Below, in pieces: positions 14,310 through 23,999 of a stretch of DNA of 37,720 nt. The position numbers and the translations under genes are program-made. Source of the DNA: a virus (Duplodnaviria; Heunggongvirae; Uroviricota; Caudoviricetes); IMG/VR virus record IMGVR_UViG_3300012943_000001, positions 167,743-205,462 of that record; one strand, given 5' to 3'. The notes under the pieces are model-generated. The model was given only the letters and a program-made list of their open reading frames with translations, did no database searches and was not told the origin of the DNA. How positions within the stretch are numbered: the first letter of the stretch is position 1; every line of letters begins with the position of its first letter.

Positions 14310-14926
14310 ACTTGTTCGACCTAGACTGGCCTAAGCTTGCCACACACTATTGCCCACTCTCGGGCACGTTCTACATGGCAGACAGGGGTTTCATGTACTT
14401 GTGGAGTCCCGAGCAAAAACTTTGGTTGGAGGCTGGCGTCGCCCAACTCAATATGTTTATGCGGCGTCCGGCCCCGGTCGAATTTAACAATCGCTACAAG
14501 GACGAGTTGATTCACAAAATTTCCGTCGCGACTCAGACTGGTACTGGTCCTACTGGATTCCCAGAAGGTCAAAAGGGTATCTCAGACCGCTATGACATGG
14601 TTCGTGCGGCAATGCTCGAATACGACATGAAGCTCTGTGTACTTATGGGCCTGTCTAAATACAGTCCGGGCCAAAAAGTTCGCATAGACCTCAACGCTCA
14701 TATCAAGAAGGTTCGGTATGGCTGGGTCGATTCCGTCAGTACAATTGGCGGCTATTGCGGTGCAAGTGGCGTCAAGGTGGAGAGTGGCGAACACCTCTAC
14801 TACGTTCGCATGAAGCAACAAAAACACGTGCGTCCTTTCCTATACACTTTCTGTGAAGCCGCACTAACCCCTATGCTTGAAAAAGCTTCTGCCACAGTCA
14901 AATTCACCGCACTCGCACCTGTTTAA
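14306..14926 (+). CDS. Hypothetical protein
   Basis: ATG 14306 coupled (ATGA) to the upstream stop; 5' extension in the track overlaps the previous gene. Confidence 0.65.
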   Translation: MNLFDLDWPKLATHYCPLSGTFYMADRGFMYLWSPEQKLWLEAGVAQLNMFMRRPAPVEFNNRYKDELIHKISVATQTGTGPTGFPEGQKGISDRYDMVRAAMLEYDMKLCVLMGLSKYSPGQKVRIDLNAHIKKVRYGWVDSVSTIGGYCGASGVKVESGEHLYYVRMKQQKHVRPFLYTFCEAALTPMLEKASATVKFTALAPV

Positions 14927-14927
14927 T

Positions 14928-15347
14928 ATGAACGTTCTATCTATTCATCAACTCGCCGTTATCTACAAAGCTTTGAAGTTTGCGGGTCACTGGTATATTG
15001 TATACGTTGGGCCTTGGAGTCACCCACTCAATACAACTCCTAACTGTCTCGCGATTCTCTTTGACGGCTTTGTACAGTGTAAGTTTTCTGTAGGTGAAGA
15101 TGGAACACTCATGGTTGCAGAGAAAAAGAGCGAGCATTATCTATCTCTTACAGCTATGGGGTTTGCTATCGGGCAGACCATTACTATAAATCAGCTCGTA
15201 GACGGTATCGTCAAACATCGTAGAGAGGGTAACCACGGCATAAACGTAACACAAAGAGTTCCCCTCTCTCAATGTAGGGAACTTGTTATTAAGGGTATTC
15301 GTAGGATGGGCGAGGACCAATACTACGAGGAGTTGTCGCCAACATGA
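14928..15347 (+). CDS. Hypothetical protein
   Basis: ATG 1 nt after the upstream stop. Confidence 0.6.
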   Translation: MNVLSIHQLAVIYKALKFAGHWYIVYVGPWSHPLNTTPNCLAILFDGFVQCKFSVGEDGTLMVAEKKSEHYLSLTAMGFAIGQTITINQLVDGIVKHRREGNHGINVTQRVPLSQCRELVIKGIRRMGEDQYYEELSPT

Positions 15348-15598
15348 CCACAACGAAATGCCCCGAGTGTCTATCATTGTGGACCGCCCATTTAGATGTC
15401 ATACTTTCTAATGAGCGGGTGTGTGTCGCGTGCAGACCTCGCGTCGAACCTAATCCCGATAAAGATTTACTCGACTGGATTCAACGCTCTCCAAATCCCC
15501 GACTACATCAAGTGGTGCGGGCGTGGACTCAAAACAAAGGCGGCTTGTCTCTCCGCTCTGCAATAGCCCATTGTGCATTAAACTCTCGACCCGACTAA
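15344..15598 (+). CDS. Hypothetical protein with CxxC pairs (possible Zn finger)
   Basis: CPEC and CVAC. Confidence 0.6.
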   Translation: MTTTKCPECLSLWTAHLDVILSNERVCVACRPRVEPNPDKDLLDWIQRSPNPRLHQVVRAWTQNKGGLSLRSAIAHCALNSRPD

Positions 15599-15599
15599 T

Positions 15600-15812
15600 A
15601 TGCCACGTGAAACCAAAAAAGATTTAGAAGATAAACTGAAGGCTTCGTCACTGAAGCTTCTTCCTATTGCCGTTTTCTTTTTCTCATTCAGCTTTATTTT
15701 TTGCGTCAACGCCAAGACGGGTACGCAAGGTTTCTTTGGGTTCGTAGGTATCCTGCTATCAGTGCATATCGCTCAGACCTCGCTTAAAAATCTGAATAGG
15801 TACTACAAGTAA
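15600..15812 (+). CDS. Small membrane protein
   Basis: Two hydrophobic segments. Confidence 0.55.
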   Translation: MPRETKKDLEDKLKASSLKLLPIAVFFFSFSFIFCVNAKTGTQGFFGFVGILLSVHIAQTSLKNLNRYYK

Positions 15813-15853
15813 AGCTTGACTTATTCAAAACCTTCCCTCACCCTACCCTTGTC

Positions 15854-16438
15854 ATGAAAAACTTCTTCCTCTTCCTCGTATCTCTCGTGGCGTTCTCGCC
15901 ACTGTTTGCCCAAACAGCAATTCCGCCAGCTCCCCAGCCTCAACAGCAAGAGGTCATCGTTCGCATTCAAAACGAACAACCCAAGGCCATTCCTCAATCC
16001 ACCGTGGTTGAAAAGGCTCACGAATGGGTACAGTTTGGCGAGCACGTAGGCAAGGCAATCGACGCTGGCCTTGGCAGTCTCACTGAGCACGCTAATAAAT
16101 TTGCAGATACCGATGCGGGCCGCTTTACAATGCTCGTCATTGCGTGGAAGGTTGCGGGTCAGGACGCCATGACGTTGCTTGACAGGTTTACGGGAGTGGC
16201 TGTTGGCGTTCCTTCGCTTATTGCATGGTGTGCCTTGTGTATTTGGTATATTCGACGCATGTTTGTCCGTCACACCATCGTCATCGAGAAGTCCGGCTTC
16301 CTTTGGTGGGGGACAAAGAAGTATAAAGTCGTTAACGACGAACATGAGTGGGGCTCCGATAAGACCGCAGGTATGTTTGTTGCCGCAATTGTATTTATCA
16401 TTGGCTGTGCGGTCCTCGTCTTTGCGGTCATCCTCTAA
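15854..16438 (+). CDS. Exported/membrane protein
   Basis: Signal peptide MKNFFLFLVSLVAFSPLFA and C-terminal TM helices. Confidence 0.7.
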   Translation: MKNFFLFLVSLVAFSPLFAQTAIPPAPQPQQQEVIVRIQNEQPKAIPQSTVVEKAHEWVQFGEHVGKAIDAGLGSLTEHANKFADTDAGRFTMLVIAWKVAGQDAMTLLDRFTGVAVGVPSLIAWCALCIWYIRRMFVRHTIVIEKSGFLWWGTKKYKVVNDEHEWGSDKTAGMFVAAIVFIIGCAVLVFAVIL

Positions 16439-16638
16439 TGCAATTCACGCTCAAAATCAAAGGCGTCACCGTATTCTGCCCCACGTTCAGGCGTCTACTC
16501 GCCTCAGCGTGGCACTTTACTAGTGTGTGGCCGGGTTCTGGATACAGGATTTGGTTTGCTCCTAGCTGGAACTACGAAAGGCTCAATAGATTCATTCTTG
16601 AAGCGTCACGAGTCGAACCTATAAACCCGGTCATCTGA
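16438..16638 (+). CDS. Hypothetical protein
   Basis: TAATG coupling. Confidence 0.55.
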   Translation: MQFTLKIKGVTVFCPTFRRLLASAWHFTSVWPGSGYRIWFAPSWNYERLNRFILEASRVEPINPVI

Positions 16639-16724
16639 TTTTATTCTGCGTCAGGCCATTAAAACCTGATGTCTGACTAGCTGTGGGTTCAGCGACCACC
16701 ACAATAAAAACGGGCAGACTATTT

Positions 16725-17192
16725 ATGTACGTTTTCCATCTGTTAATTAGCGTCTACGCCCTCGGCCTAATACAATTAACCATTCACGAACTCGGTCACG
16801 TCTTCACTGCCCGCAGCTTCAAATGGAATGTCGTTGGGCTTAGGTTGGGCATTGGACCTAAAGTTTGGTACGGATGGTTTCTTGGTACAATCAGGTTCGA
16901 GCTTAATCTCATTCCTCTCAGCGGAGATACGGTCTACATTGAGTCGTATGGGTTTGACGCGGGCTCAAACGAGGGTCGAAAGAAGTTAATCAAGTTCTAT
17001 CTTTCGGGCCTTATTCCCGAAATAATTTTTATGGTAGGGTCGTTCTTACTGTTCCTAAAGCTAGGTATTGGCGTCTTGTGTATTGCGTCAGGCTTCGTTG
17101 CCCTCGTGACCATCGTAAGCCTACTCTTCAGTTTGAAAGAGGCGTGCTCAGACCTTCGCAGACTCGCAAGCCTATTGAGTAGCAACAAGTAA
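16725..17192 (+). CDS. M50 family (site-2) intramembrane metalloprotease-like protein
   Basis: IHELGH in a TM context, LRLGIGP, LIPLSG, LSG..PE. Confidence 0.75.
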   Translation: MYVFHLLISVYALGLIQLTIHELGHVFTARSFKWNVVGLRLGIGPKVWYGWFLGTIRFELNLIPLSGDTVYIESYGFDAGSNEGRKKLIKFYLSGLIPEIIFMVGSFLLFLKLGIGVLCIASGFVALVTIVSLLFSLKEACSDLRRLASLLSSNK

Positions 17193-17311
17193 CGAATTTT
17201 CCAGAAAAAGCTTGAAACTCACGTTCGAATCTGCACCTTCCACGTCGCCATAGTTTGCAATCAGGGGTGATTGCAGCTAGCATCGGAAGTCAGTGACCGT
17301 TACTACGGATT

Positions 17312-17345
17312 GAGGTCCGCTCGAAAGGGCGGGCCTCTTTTCTTT
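17312..17345 (+). terminator. Intrinsic terminator
   Basis: GAGGTCCGCTC-GAAA-GGGCGGGCCTC followed by a T run. Confidence 0.85.
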
Positions 17346-17388
17346 AGAAAATACTTGACTTTTCAGAACGGGTAGGCAGCCTCTTTGT

Positions 17389-17598
17389 ATGAACTCTGAA
17401 AAAGCTCTTCATGCAGCAATCATGGATTCTCCCGGCCACTGTGCGGACTGGAAAGGTCGTATCCAACTCCGTTGGTATGTCATTCCTCGCCGTCGCAAAG
17501 GCAAGTGGGTGTGGAGTGAATGGGGCCGCTGGTGTTATATCACAGACTGTCATGGTGATGAGGTTCGCGTGTGGTGGGAGCCTGAAATTGTCAAATGA
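17389..17598 (+). CDS. Hypothetical Trp-rich protein
   Basis: ATG 34 nt from TTGACT(17355). Confidence 0.65.
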   Translation: MNSEKALHAAIMDSPGHCADWKGRIQLRWYVIPRRRKGKWVWSEWGRWCYITDCHGDEVRVWWEPEIVK

Positions 17599-18029
17599 GC
17601 CTCTTCCGTAAAACTTCGGGTTTCACCCCGCCTCAGCCGTCGCGTCGTCAGGTATCTACTCGTAAAGTACCTTCGACCCGCTTTGTCAAGACGCCTTCCC
17701 AGCATCCTCTCTCTACACCAAAGCGTCAGCCTTTCGAACCTAACTCTGCCCGCTTTGTAATCAAAAGCGTCGCTGAATATAGGAAGGTGACCGCAACAGG
17801 AAATTACCTTCTTGTCGTCATCAATTACCCTGACTGCACAAACTTTGAAGGAAACAAGATTCTCGTCTTCGAAAACCTTTCCGAACGTGAGCTTAAGCTC
17901 ATGCGTAACATCGACCCTCACTTCTTTAACGATTCACGATATAAAACACCTATCGCTAGATTCGAGCCCTCGCGTAATGGTATGCGGGCAGCAAAGGACT
18001 TCTGCGATATGATGGCACGGAGAAATTAA
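17595..18029 (+). CDS. Hypothetical protein
   Basis: ATGA coupling. Confidence 0.65.
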   Translation: MSLFRKTSGFTPPQPSRRQVSTRKVPSTRFVKTPSQHPLSTPKRQPFEPNSARFVIKSVAEYRKVTATGNYLLVVINYPDCTNFEGNKILVFENLSERELKLMRNIDPHFFNDSRYKTPIARFEPSRNGMRAAKDFCDMMARRN

Positions 18030-18030
18030 A

Positions 18031-18711
18031 ATGCACGCCGAATATCTTCACGCGATTAACGTCAACAAACGTAAACGCTCCGTCGATTTCGTATTAGAGG
18101 AAATCAAAACGAAGGGCATTGAGTTTGATACTATCGCCGTTCGTGGGTTTAGTGGGACCAGCGTCGGTAGTATGGTGGCATATCTACTAGACAAACCTCT
18201 CTGCTACATTCGTAAGAAAGAAGAGCTTTGCTGTTCATGTAATCGCGTTGAGTTTGACGATAACGATAAAATTGGGAGGTTCCTAATCATAGATGACCTG
18301 ATTGACTCAGGAAACACTGCGACTCAAATCATCAAATCTGTAATGGAGCACGATTCAGAAGCCGAATGCGTGGGTAGCGTATTGTACAGGACACGCTATT
18401 ACTATCCTCGCAAAAACCTATTTGAGTTAATCGGTATGGAGCTTGCCCCACCTCCACCCAAGCCCGAAGAAAAGCTACCAGAAACACTAAACGACTTAGA
18501 CTTCTCGGTTCGTTCTATGGTCGCACTTGACTTCGAAACGTGCTCCTTAAATAGCTCTTATCCTCCATATATCACATCAGGACCAATAACAGTTCGAGAC
18601 TTTAGATACACCCCTCCAGATTTTATAAAGCAGGATTCAGACTTTAGCGACACCTTTTCTAACTACGATAAAGTAAGTAAGCTGCTCAAAGACAACTTCA
18701 CAAAGAAATAA
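18031..18711 (+). CDS. Type I phosphoribosyltransferase domain protein with C-terminal extension
   Basis: PRPP-binding motif FLIIDDLIDSGNT; AVRGFSG, YIRK. Confidence 0.85.
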   Translation: MHAEYLHAINVNKRKRSVDFVLEEIKTKGIEFDTIAVRGFSGTSVGSMVAYLLDKPLCYIRKKEELCCSCNRVEFDDNDKIGRFLIIDDLIDSGNTATQIIKSVMEHDSEAECVGSVLYRTRYYYPRKNLFELIGMELAPPPPKPEEKLPETLNDLDFSVRSMVALDFETCSLNSSYPPYITSGPITVRDFRYTPPDFIKQDSDFSDTFSNYDKVSKLLKDNFTKK

Positions 18712-18717
18712 AACATC

Positions 18718-19284
18718 ATGAGTCAATATCATAACCTCGCGGGCCAACGCAATCGTGACGCAGAAATCAAACGTGAGTTGATTCGTGTAGGCGTAGAGCC
18801 TTTGCAGCTCATGCAGCCCGCAGAGCATACAGAGGTGCCGCATACCGTCATTGGCGAAATCAAGACTCGTCACTTCGGAACATTCCGCTTTCACAGGGCT
18901 TGGCGTTATTGGATTGTCGAAGGGCTCATGCCTTTAGCCGTAGCTGAGAAGATTTACGCAAATCCAATCATGAAGGAGGAGGCGAGGGCGGGCGGAGATT
19001 GCGGATGCCGTAAGCCTTCTACATGGTCCAAGAGAATGAGGGAGGGGAAGGTAGTACCCTCTCCCGGAGAATTACAAACTGTAAAGGCGGCACTTAAAGA
19101 TGGGTCCGAGATTTATCAAATGGTCTATGACGACCCCAAATTCTACTGGACTGAATCAGAGGAAGAATTTCTTTCTTATCCTCAGTTCGTTAGTACGTAT
19201 CATATCGACTCAGAACTCGCCATGTATCTATTCGTTGAGATTCTGAAGCAGGAAGGCAACGCACTAACCAACGACGAATTATGA
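18718..19284 (+). CDS. Hypothetical protein
   Basis: Co-oriented ORF. Confidence 0.7.
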   Translation: MSQYHNLAGQRNRDAEIKRELIRVGVEPLQLMQPAEHTEVPHTVIGEIKTRHFGTFRFHRAWRYWIVEGLMPLAVAEKIYANPIMKEEARAGGDCGCRKPSTWSKRMREGKVVPSPGELQTVKAALKDGSEIYQMVYDDPKFYWTESEEEFLSYPQFVSTYHIDSELAMYLFVEILKQEGNALTNDEL

Positions 19285-19541
19285 AACAGGAAATTATTCA
19301 GGCGGATAATCGTACGCGTGATGGGCTGACAACTCCCGAGTTCACCGCCGTATCCGAGACAGAGTACAAGGCCGCAGACGGCTCCACGCTTAAACGTGAA
19401 TATGGGAAGACGCCTAACGGCAATGATATGAATGGTCGCTGGGTTCTTAGAAATCCCGAAGGAAAGTTCTTGACTTTCGACCAATACCGTAGTGACATCG
19501 CAGAAGAATACAGTCTCAAACTCATTCCTCTCAAAACATGA
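19281..19541 (+). CDS. Hypothetical protein
   Basis: ATGA coupling. Confidence 0.65.
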   Translation: MKQEIIQADNRTRDGLTTPEFTAVSETEYKAADGSTLKREYGKTPNGNDMNGRWVLRNPEGKFLTFDQYRSDIAEEYSLKLIPLKT

Positions 19542-20374
19542 ACTTCGAAACGGTCAAACTTCTCCACACGAGCGACGCGGTACACGATTACGTTGAAGAC
19601 CTCTGGAAAACAGACATCTTCCGCTTCCTGCATAAGCGTGGCCGTCCCGGTCAATTCGTCTTCGACATCGTAGACCAATTCGCCAAGCTCCCCCGCTTCT
19701 TCTTTGAGATGACGGACAAGAAGCTTGAACACGCTCATTTTTCTACGTGGTGGGGCGGCATTCCATATCGCGAATACGACAATCCCTACATTCATGACTT
19801 GTACTTGATTCATGAATTTGCTCATGCGGGCACTATGGTATATCTGCCCGACATGAATTACGAGAACTTCCTTCGCGAGATGACGGACAATGAGCTTTAT
19901 GCCAGTGTCGTTTCGGAGATTCAAGTCTACTTTGAAATTCCTGAGCTTCGTGAACTTTCGTTCAATCATCCTATCTACGCGGACCGTTTCTTGCAGGACA
20001 AGGATTTCATGCGTCGTTATCAATATGATAAGCGTTCGGCATTTCGCGAAATGAAGGTTCGTCGCCGCAATACGATGATGAACTCGAATGCAGACAACGT
20101 AACCGATTTCTGGATTCACCGCTTCTACAATCAAAATGCGGCGTGGGGTGCGTGCTGGGCTCATAACTTCAACAAGGTGGAGAAGGCTATGGCATTTCTT
20201 CGTGACAAGTCGCTCAACGCAACGGACGCACAAAGAGCTGACGCACTGACGGTCTTTATTCACTGGTTAGAGAATCAATCGACCAACAACATTCCATTCC
20301 TTCGTGAAGCTGAAGCGTTTGCCGGTATCTACTGGGGTAATCGCGGCCACTACGACGACCAAATCAACAAGTGA
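19538..20374 (+). CDS. Hypothetical protein with HExxH motif (possible metallopeptidase)
   Basis: LIHEFAHAG with downstream ELYAS..SE. Confidence 0.6.
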   Translation: MNFETVKLLHTSDAVHDYVEDLWKTDIFRFLHKRGRPGQFVFDIVDQFAKLPRFFFEMTDKKLEHAHFSTWWGGIPYREYDNPYIHDLYLIHEFAHAGTMVYLPDMNYENFLREMTDNELYASVVSEIQVYFEIPELRELSFNHPIYADRFLQDKDFMRRYQYDKRSAFREMKVRRRNTMMNSNADNVTDFWIHRFYNQNAAWGACWAHNFNKVEKAMAFLRDKSLNATDAQRADALTVFIHWLENQSTNNIPFLREAEAFAGIYWGNRGHYDDQINK

Positions 20375-20601
20375 AAAAGTCGAAACGAGTGCCCAAAGAG
20401 GCTCCAGATAATACTATCTACTTGACCTCAAGTGGTACGCGTGTTCGCATTGTTAAGCAAAAAGAATTTGCAAACCACGCTAGACTCGAATCGGAGAATC
20501 CTCCTACCGGGATAAGCTGGCGTACGCACAACATTGTTCGCGTAAGCGACGGACATGCAATATGGTGCATATGGCAAAAAGAAGACTTAAAACCAGAATG
20601 A
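20371..20601 (+). CDS. Hypothetical protein
   Basis: GTGA coupling. Confidence 0.55.
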   Translation: MKKSKRVPKEAPDNTIYLTSSGTRVRIVKQKEFANHARLESENPPTGISWRTHNIVRVSDGHAIWCIWQKEDLKPE

Positions 20602-20924
20602 ACAACTCTCAGCTATATTTAGAGACGCTAGGCTTCGTCAATGGTGACATGAAGCAGGACTTTGGCGACCTCAGCCTTGCCAAATACGTAAAGTATTTGA
20701 TGCGTAAAGTCGTGAGCCCTTCTGGCAATCGCTTTGAGTATATCTGGCTAATTTCCTACGAGGATAATGTAGTCGAAATCGTAGGTGAGGTCTATGCGGC
20801 CAAAAAGAACACGTACAAGCCAAAGGGCGGGGTCAAGCTTGAAGACTTGATTAAGAAAGGTTTTGTCCCGGTCAAGTTGGGCATCATCCGCTCTCACGAT
20901 GAACTCGTTAAATTTTTAGCCTAA
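20598..20924 (+). CDS. Hypothetical protein
   Basis: ATG 20598 coupled to the upstream stop. Confidence 0.6.
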   Translation: MNNSQLYLETLGFVNGDMKQDFGDLSLAKYVKYLMRKVVSPSGNRFEYIWLISYEDNVVEIVGEVYAAKKNTYKPKGGVKLEDLIKKGFVPVKLGIIRSHDELVKFLA

Positions 20925-21301
20925 TGAAATCGTATATTCTCGCCACCATCGCCGCAGGCTCATTACTTTTTGGAGTAGTCACGAATATCTTCAAAAAGGA
21001 AGAGTCGCCTATGCCGTGGGTACTTACGAACAGCATGACCCGCATTCACTCCTCTCCCATCCTCGGGATTATGGCTGTGAACGTGGAGTACCATATGAAT
21101 TTGCCCCAAGAAGTCGTAGAGCCAAACGAGCTATACCCCTTTCTGGATGCGGCAGTTAGGGAGTATCGAGCCGCATATCCGGGCAATATCTTCGACGGAG
21201 ATAGACGACCGCTAGAAAATTACCTTGACAATTGTTTGAAAGCCGACTTGTCTCTTGCACGTCAAGGCTACGTCATCACTAAAGTTTACATCGTCAACTA
21301 A
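20924..21301 (+). CDS. Hypothetical exported/membrane protein
   Basis: N-terminal hydrophobic segment; TAATG coupling. Confidence 0.6.
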   Translation: MKSYILATIAAGSLLFGVVTNIFKKEESPMPWVLTNSMTRIHSSPILGIMAVNVEYHMNLPQEVVEPNELYPFLDAAVREYRAAYPGNIFDGDRRPLENYLDNCLKADLSLARQGYVITKVYIVN

Positions 21302-21302
21302 T

Positions 21303-21887
21303 ATGAACCCTTCCGAAAAGAAAACGTTTTTCTGGGTAGCTGTCGCTCTGGCAGTTGCCTTTTGCGTCGTCTCCATTTTTTATCAGTTCTTCACTTACGT
21401 CGCCCCGGAGTACGGATGGTTGAAGCGTCCTAACGGCGAGACCGCAATCGTTCTGGGTGGTAGTCGATACTTTAAGTCTCCCAACGATAAAATGACGTTC
21501 TATGCCCGCTATAATCATTTGGAGAAAAATTATGCATGTGAGCGTTCGGATTCCGCCTGCGTCAAGGCTAAAGCGTCGGTCATTTATTCTTTTGACCCCG
21601 AGCATATGTCACTTTCTCCAGAGGGTTACGCAGAGCTGATTAGCGTAATACTTAGTGACGCCATACAAGACGCCGCGTTCTGGTCTAAAGACGAAGGGGA
21701 ATTTGTACTTCACTTTAGAAACAGGTTGGAGAAGCATACCAAACACACGGGGCTTACCATTTTCTCTACTCTTGTCTCTGGGTACGAAGTTGTCGAAAGT
21801 TCTGCATCTAAACGTATCTCCGATATGAATACAGAGACGCGTCGCCGCCGAGCCTCGCGTCAAGCTCAGGTGGAGATGGCGAAGTGA
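21303..21887 (+). CDS. Membrane-anchored protein, weakly SPFH/band-7-like
   Basis: N-terminal TM; KASVIYSFDP, GLTIFSTLV and C-terminal coiled coil suggest an SPFH layout. Confidence 0.5.
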   Translation: MNPSEKKTFFWVAVALAVAFCVVSIFYQFFTYVAPEYGWLKRPNGETAIVLGGSRYFKSPNDKMTFYARYNHLEKNYACERSDSACVKAKASVIYSFDPEHMSLSPEGYAELISVILSDAIQDAAFWSKDEGEFVLHFRNRLEKHTKHTGLTIFSTLVSGYEVVESSASKRISDMNTETRRRRASRQAQVEMAK

Positions 21888-22186
21888 GAATAGGGTCCAT
21901 AATTTTAATCACGCTATTTACGTTGGCGTTATTGTTGGGCATGGTAACGTGCTCAAATAACTACGACAAAGGAAATATCTTGAAGTGGCATCGGGAACGT
22001 GGACAGGACGTATCTAATGTAGAGAGACGTTTATTCTTCGACGGTCCATATCTCATTTCCAAGAATCGCCGCATATACAAAGTTACTACTATCAAAAACG
22101 AAATCTTCTGGTGGCGTTGTGGCAATATACTCAGCAATGACGTTATCGAAGAGCTTCCTAACGGAGAATATAAAACGTGGCAATGA
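21884..22186 (+). CDS. Hypothetical membrane/lipoprotein
   Basis: N-terminal hydrophobic segment ending LGMVTC. Confidence 0.6.
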   Translation: MRIGSIILITLFTLALLLGMVTCSNNYDKGNILKWHRERGQDVSNVERRLFFDGPYLISKNRRIYKVTTIKNEIFWWRCGNILSNDVIEELPNGEYKTWQ

Positions 22187-22392
22187 CTCCTCAACGCACT
22201 CTTCAAGCAGAAATCTTTTTCGCCAAAGCTAAGTTTGTACAAATCAAGTATAAACTTGAAAAGGATTTTGCAGAAAAATTAGATACGTTCTACGAGTCAG
22301 CCTCCTTCTTTGCTTATATCGGAAACCTAGAGCGAGCCCGCGAAGAACTCGTGCTTGCAAACATTCAGGTACTACCTCACCTCACCTCATGA
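22183..22392 (+). CDS. Hypothetical protein
   Basis: ATGA coupling. Confidence 0.55.
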   Translation: MTPQRTLQAEIFFAKAKFVQIKYKLEKDFAEKLDTFYESASFFAYIGNLERAREELVLANIQVLPHLTS

Positions 22393-23450
22393 CCTCCGTT
22401 TCGTATCGTCCAGCAAACCGTTCTGTCGAAGCTCTACGGGCCGAAAGCTTGCGGGAAATTCGAGCGAGATTGGAAGTGGCTCTGAGCGACCTTAAACGGT
22501 TGCAGGGTTATGACTCCCCTTATCATATTAGAGGCGGTCAGCTAATGTACTCAATAGGTATTGAGCCTACATACGTAGCGACAGATGTCTATCCCACCGA
22601 TACCGATATTACGGACAATCACGGCGACGTTCGAAATGCAATTCTGAATAATGAGTATCGCCGCACTGAAGACAACATCACGTTCTTAAACACGTACTTC
22701 CCGCATCTAAAAGCTCATAAGGATGGTGGGTGCGTAGAATTTAGCTCGCCAGTATACAGTCATCTTGACGCACTCATGTCCTATTTTGAGTCGGTCAATA
22801 TGGCACGGTTGACTCGCCCGCTTGCTCCGCAGCACTGCTTTGATTTTAATGGGGAAAAGTATCAACTGGGTAGTGGAGGATGCCATATGCACGTAGGCTT
22901 CCCACAAGACTTCAAAGGTAAACAGCTAGAGCTATTCAAGCACAACATGTTTATCTTCGCTCACAATCATCCGTTTATGCTTTTCCTGTTCCGTAGATAC
23001 TTTATCAACCATTACGACTTGTGGAATAGGCGAAATTGTTGCGTAAAGGGGCATAAAAACATCAGGCGATATGTTAAAGACGCCATTAAGTGTGGGACTC
23101 GTTATCAACCTATAGCGGTGCGTGCAAACGTTCCTACCGCATGGAAAGGTGGCTATGACACATCGGAGTTCCGCTGTTTTGAGACGCCAGAAGATACTCA
23201 GGGTCTTATATTGATTCTGAATTTCGCAACTCTATGCACATCATACATTCAACGCGTGACTGAAAGAAGAATCGAGCTTCAGTGCTCAGATAGAATCTAC
23301 CGCTTCCGCAACAAACGTATGACGACGAAGATTGTATATCCAGAGATTCAAAACATGTTTGACAAAATCAGTCTGGACTTCACGGGCTACCGTAAGTTTC
23401 TCGTAAACATCCGCGAACGTATCGAGTATAACCCCGTATTCTTTGGTTGA
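22389..23450 (+). CDS. Amidoligase-like (COOH-NH2 ligase superfamily) protein
   Basis: SIGIEP, VEFSSPV, GGCHMHVGF, TSEFRCFE motifs. Confidence 0.7.
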   Translation: MTSVSYRPANRSVEALRAESLREIRARLEVALSDLKRLQGYDSPYHIRGGQLMYSIGIEPTYVATDVYPTDTDITDNHGDVRNAILNNEYRRTEDNITFLNTYFPHLKAHKDGGCVEFSSPVYSHLDALMSYFESVNMARLTRPLAPQHCFDFNGEKYQLGSGGCHMHVGFPQDFKGKQLELFKHNMFIFAHNHPFMLFLFRRYFINHYDLWNRRNCCVKGHKNIRRYVKDAIKCGTRYQPIAVRANVPTAWKGGYDTSEFRCFETPEDTQGLILILNFATLCTSYIQRVTERRIELQCSDRIYRFRNKRMTTKIVYPEIQNMFDKISLDFTGYRKFLVNIRERIEYNPVFFG

Positions 23451-23481
23451 CTTAATCGAAACGAAAGCGTATCCTTTAGCC

Positions 23482-23577
23482 ATGACACCAGACCTCTATC
23501 TTAAAATTATGATGGGATTCACCCTCTTAATTGCGGTCGGGACGTTTCTTCACCTCCATTTCAAAACAAGAAAATAA
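23482..23577 (+). CDS. 31-aa single-TM peptide (not in ORF track)
   Basis: MTPDLYLKIMMGFTLLIAVGTFLHLHFKTRK; ATG 35 nt from TTGACT(23447)-N17-TATCCT; TAATG-coupled to the next gene. Confidence 0.6.
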   Translation: MTPDLYLKIMMGFTLLIAVGTFLHLHFKTRK

Positions 23578-23999
23578 TGTCCGATTCAGATAAACCTATC
23601 GAGCCTCTTAAGCCTGAGAACGCACCAATCCAAATCGACGAACAGTCTGAGGCTGCAATCGTTGCAAACATTGAGAAAGTGTTTAGCAACCATGACCCTC
23701 GTACCTCTATCGTTAAATCAATGGTGGATTTCAAAGCCATCATGGTAGAGAAGGGTATGACGCCTGAGTTCGTCAACAGCTTCATTGGTAAAATGCGTTT
23801 TGACGTAGACCCAGAGCTTTACGGCACTGGCATCTATCTTAAGATGATGGAGCTTTGTGCGGATAATGCATTCAAGCTCTACGAAATCTTCCTCCAAGAC
23901 TTCGACGCCAATACCTTCGCAGACATGGCTAAAAACCTTTCTGTCCGCGTCAAACTGCCACGTATCCAACTTCCACCACCTCCCGAAGATGTCGAGTAA
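23577..23999 (+). CDS. Hypothetical acidic protein
   Basis: Co-oriented ORF. Confidence 0.65.
   Translation: MSDSDKPIEPLKPENAPIQIDEQSEAAIVANIEKVFSNHDPRTSIVKSMVDFKAIMVEKGMTPEFVNSFIGKMRFDVDPELYGTGIYLKMMELCADNAFKLYEIFLQDFDANTFADMAKNLSVRVKLPRIQLPPPPEDVE

Noticed and set aside
19298-20263. 321-aa minus-strand ORF, and the many other minus-strand ORFs in the track
   Set aside because: They mirror well-formed + strand genes, lack motifs and promoters, and are best explained as antisense shadows; only the two HNH genes are accepted on the minus strand
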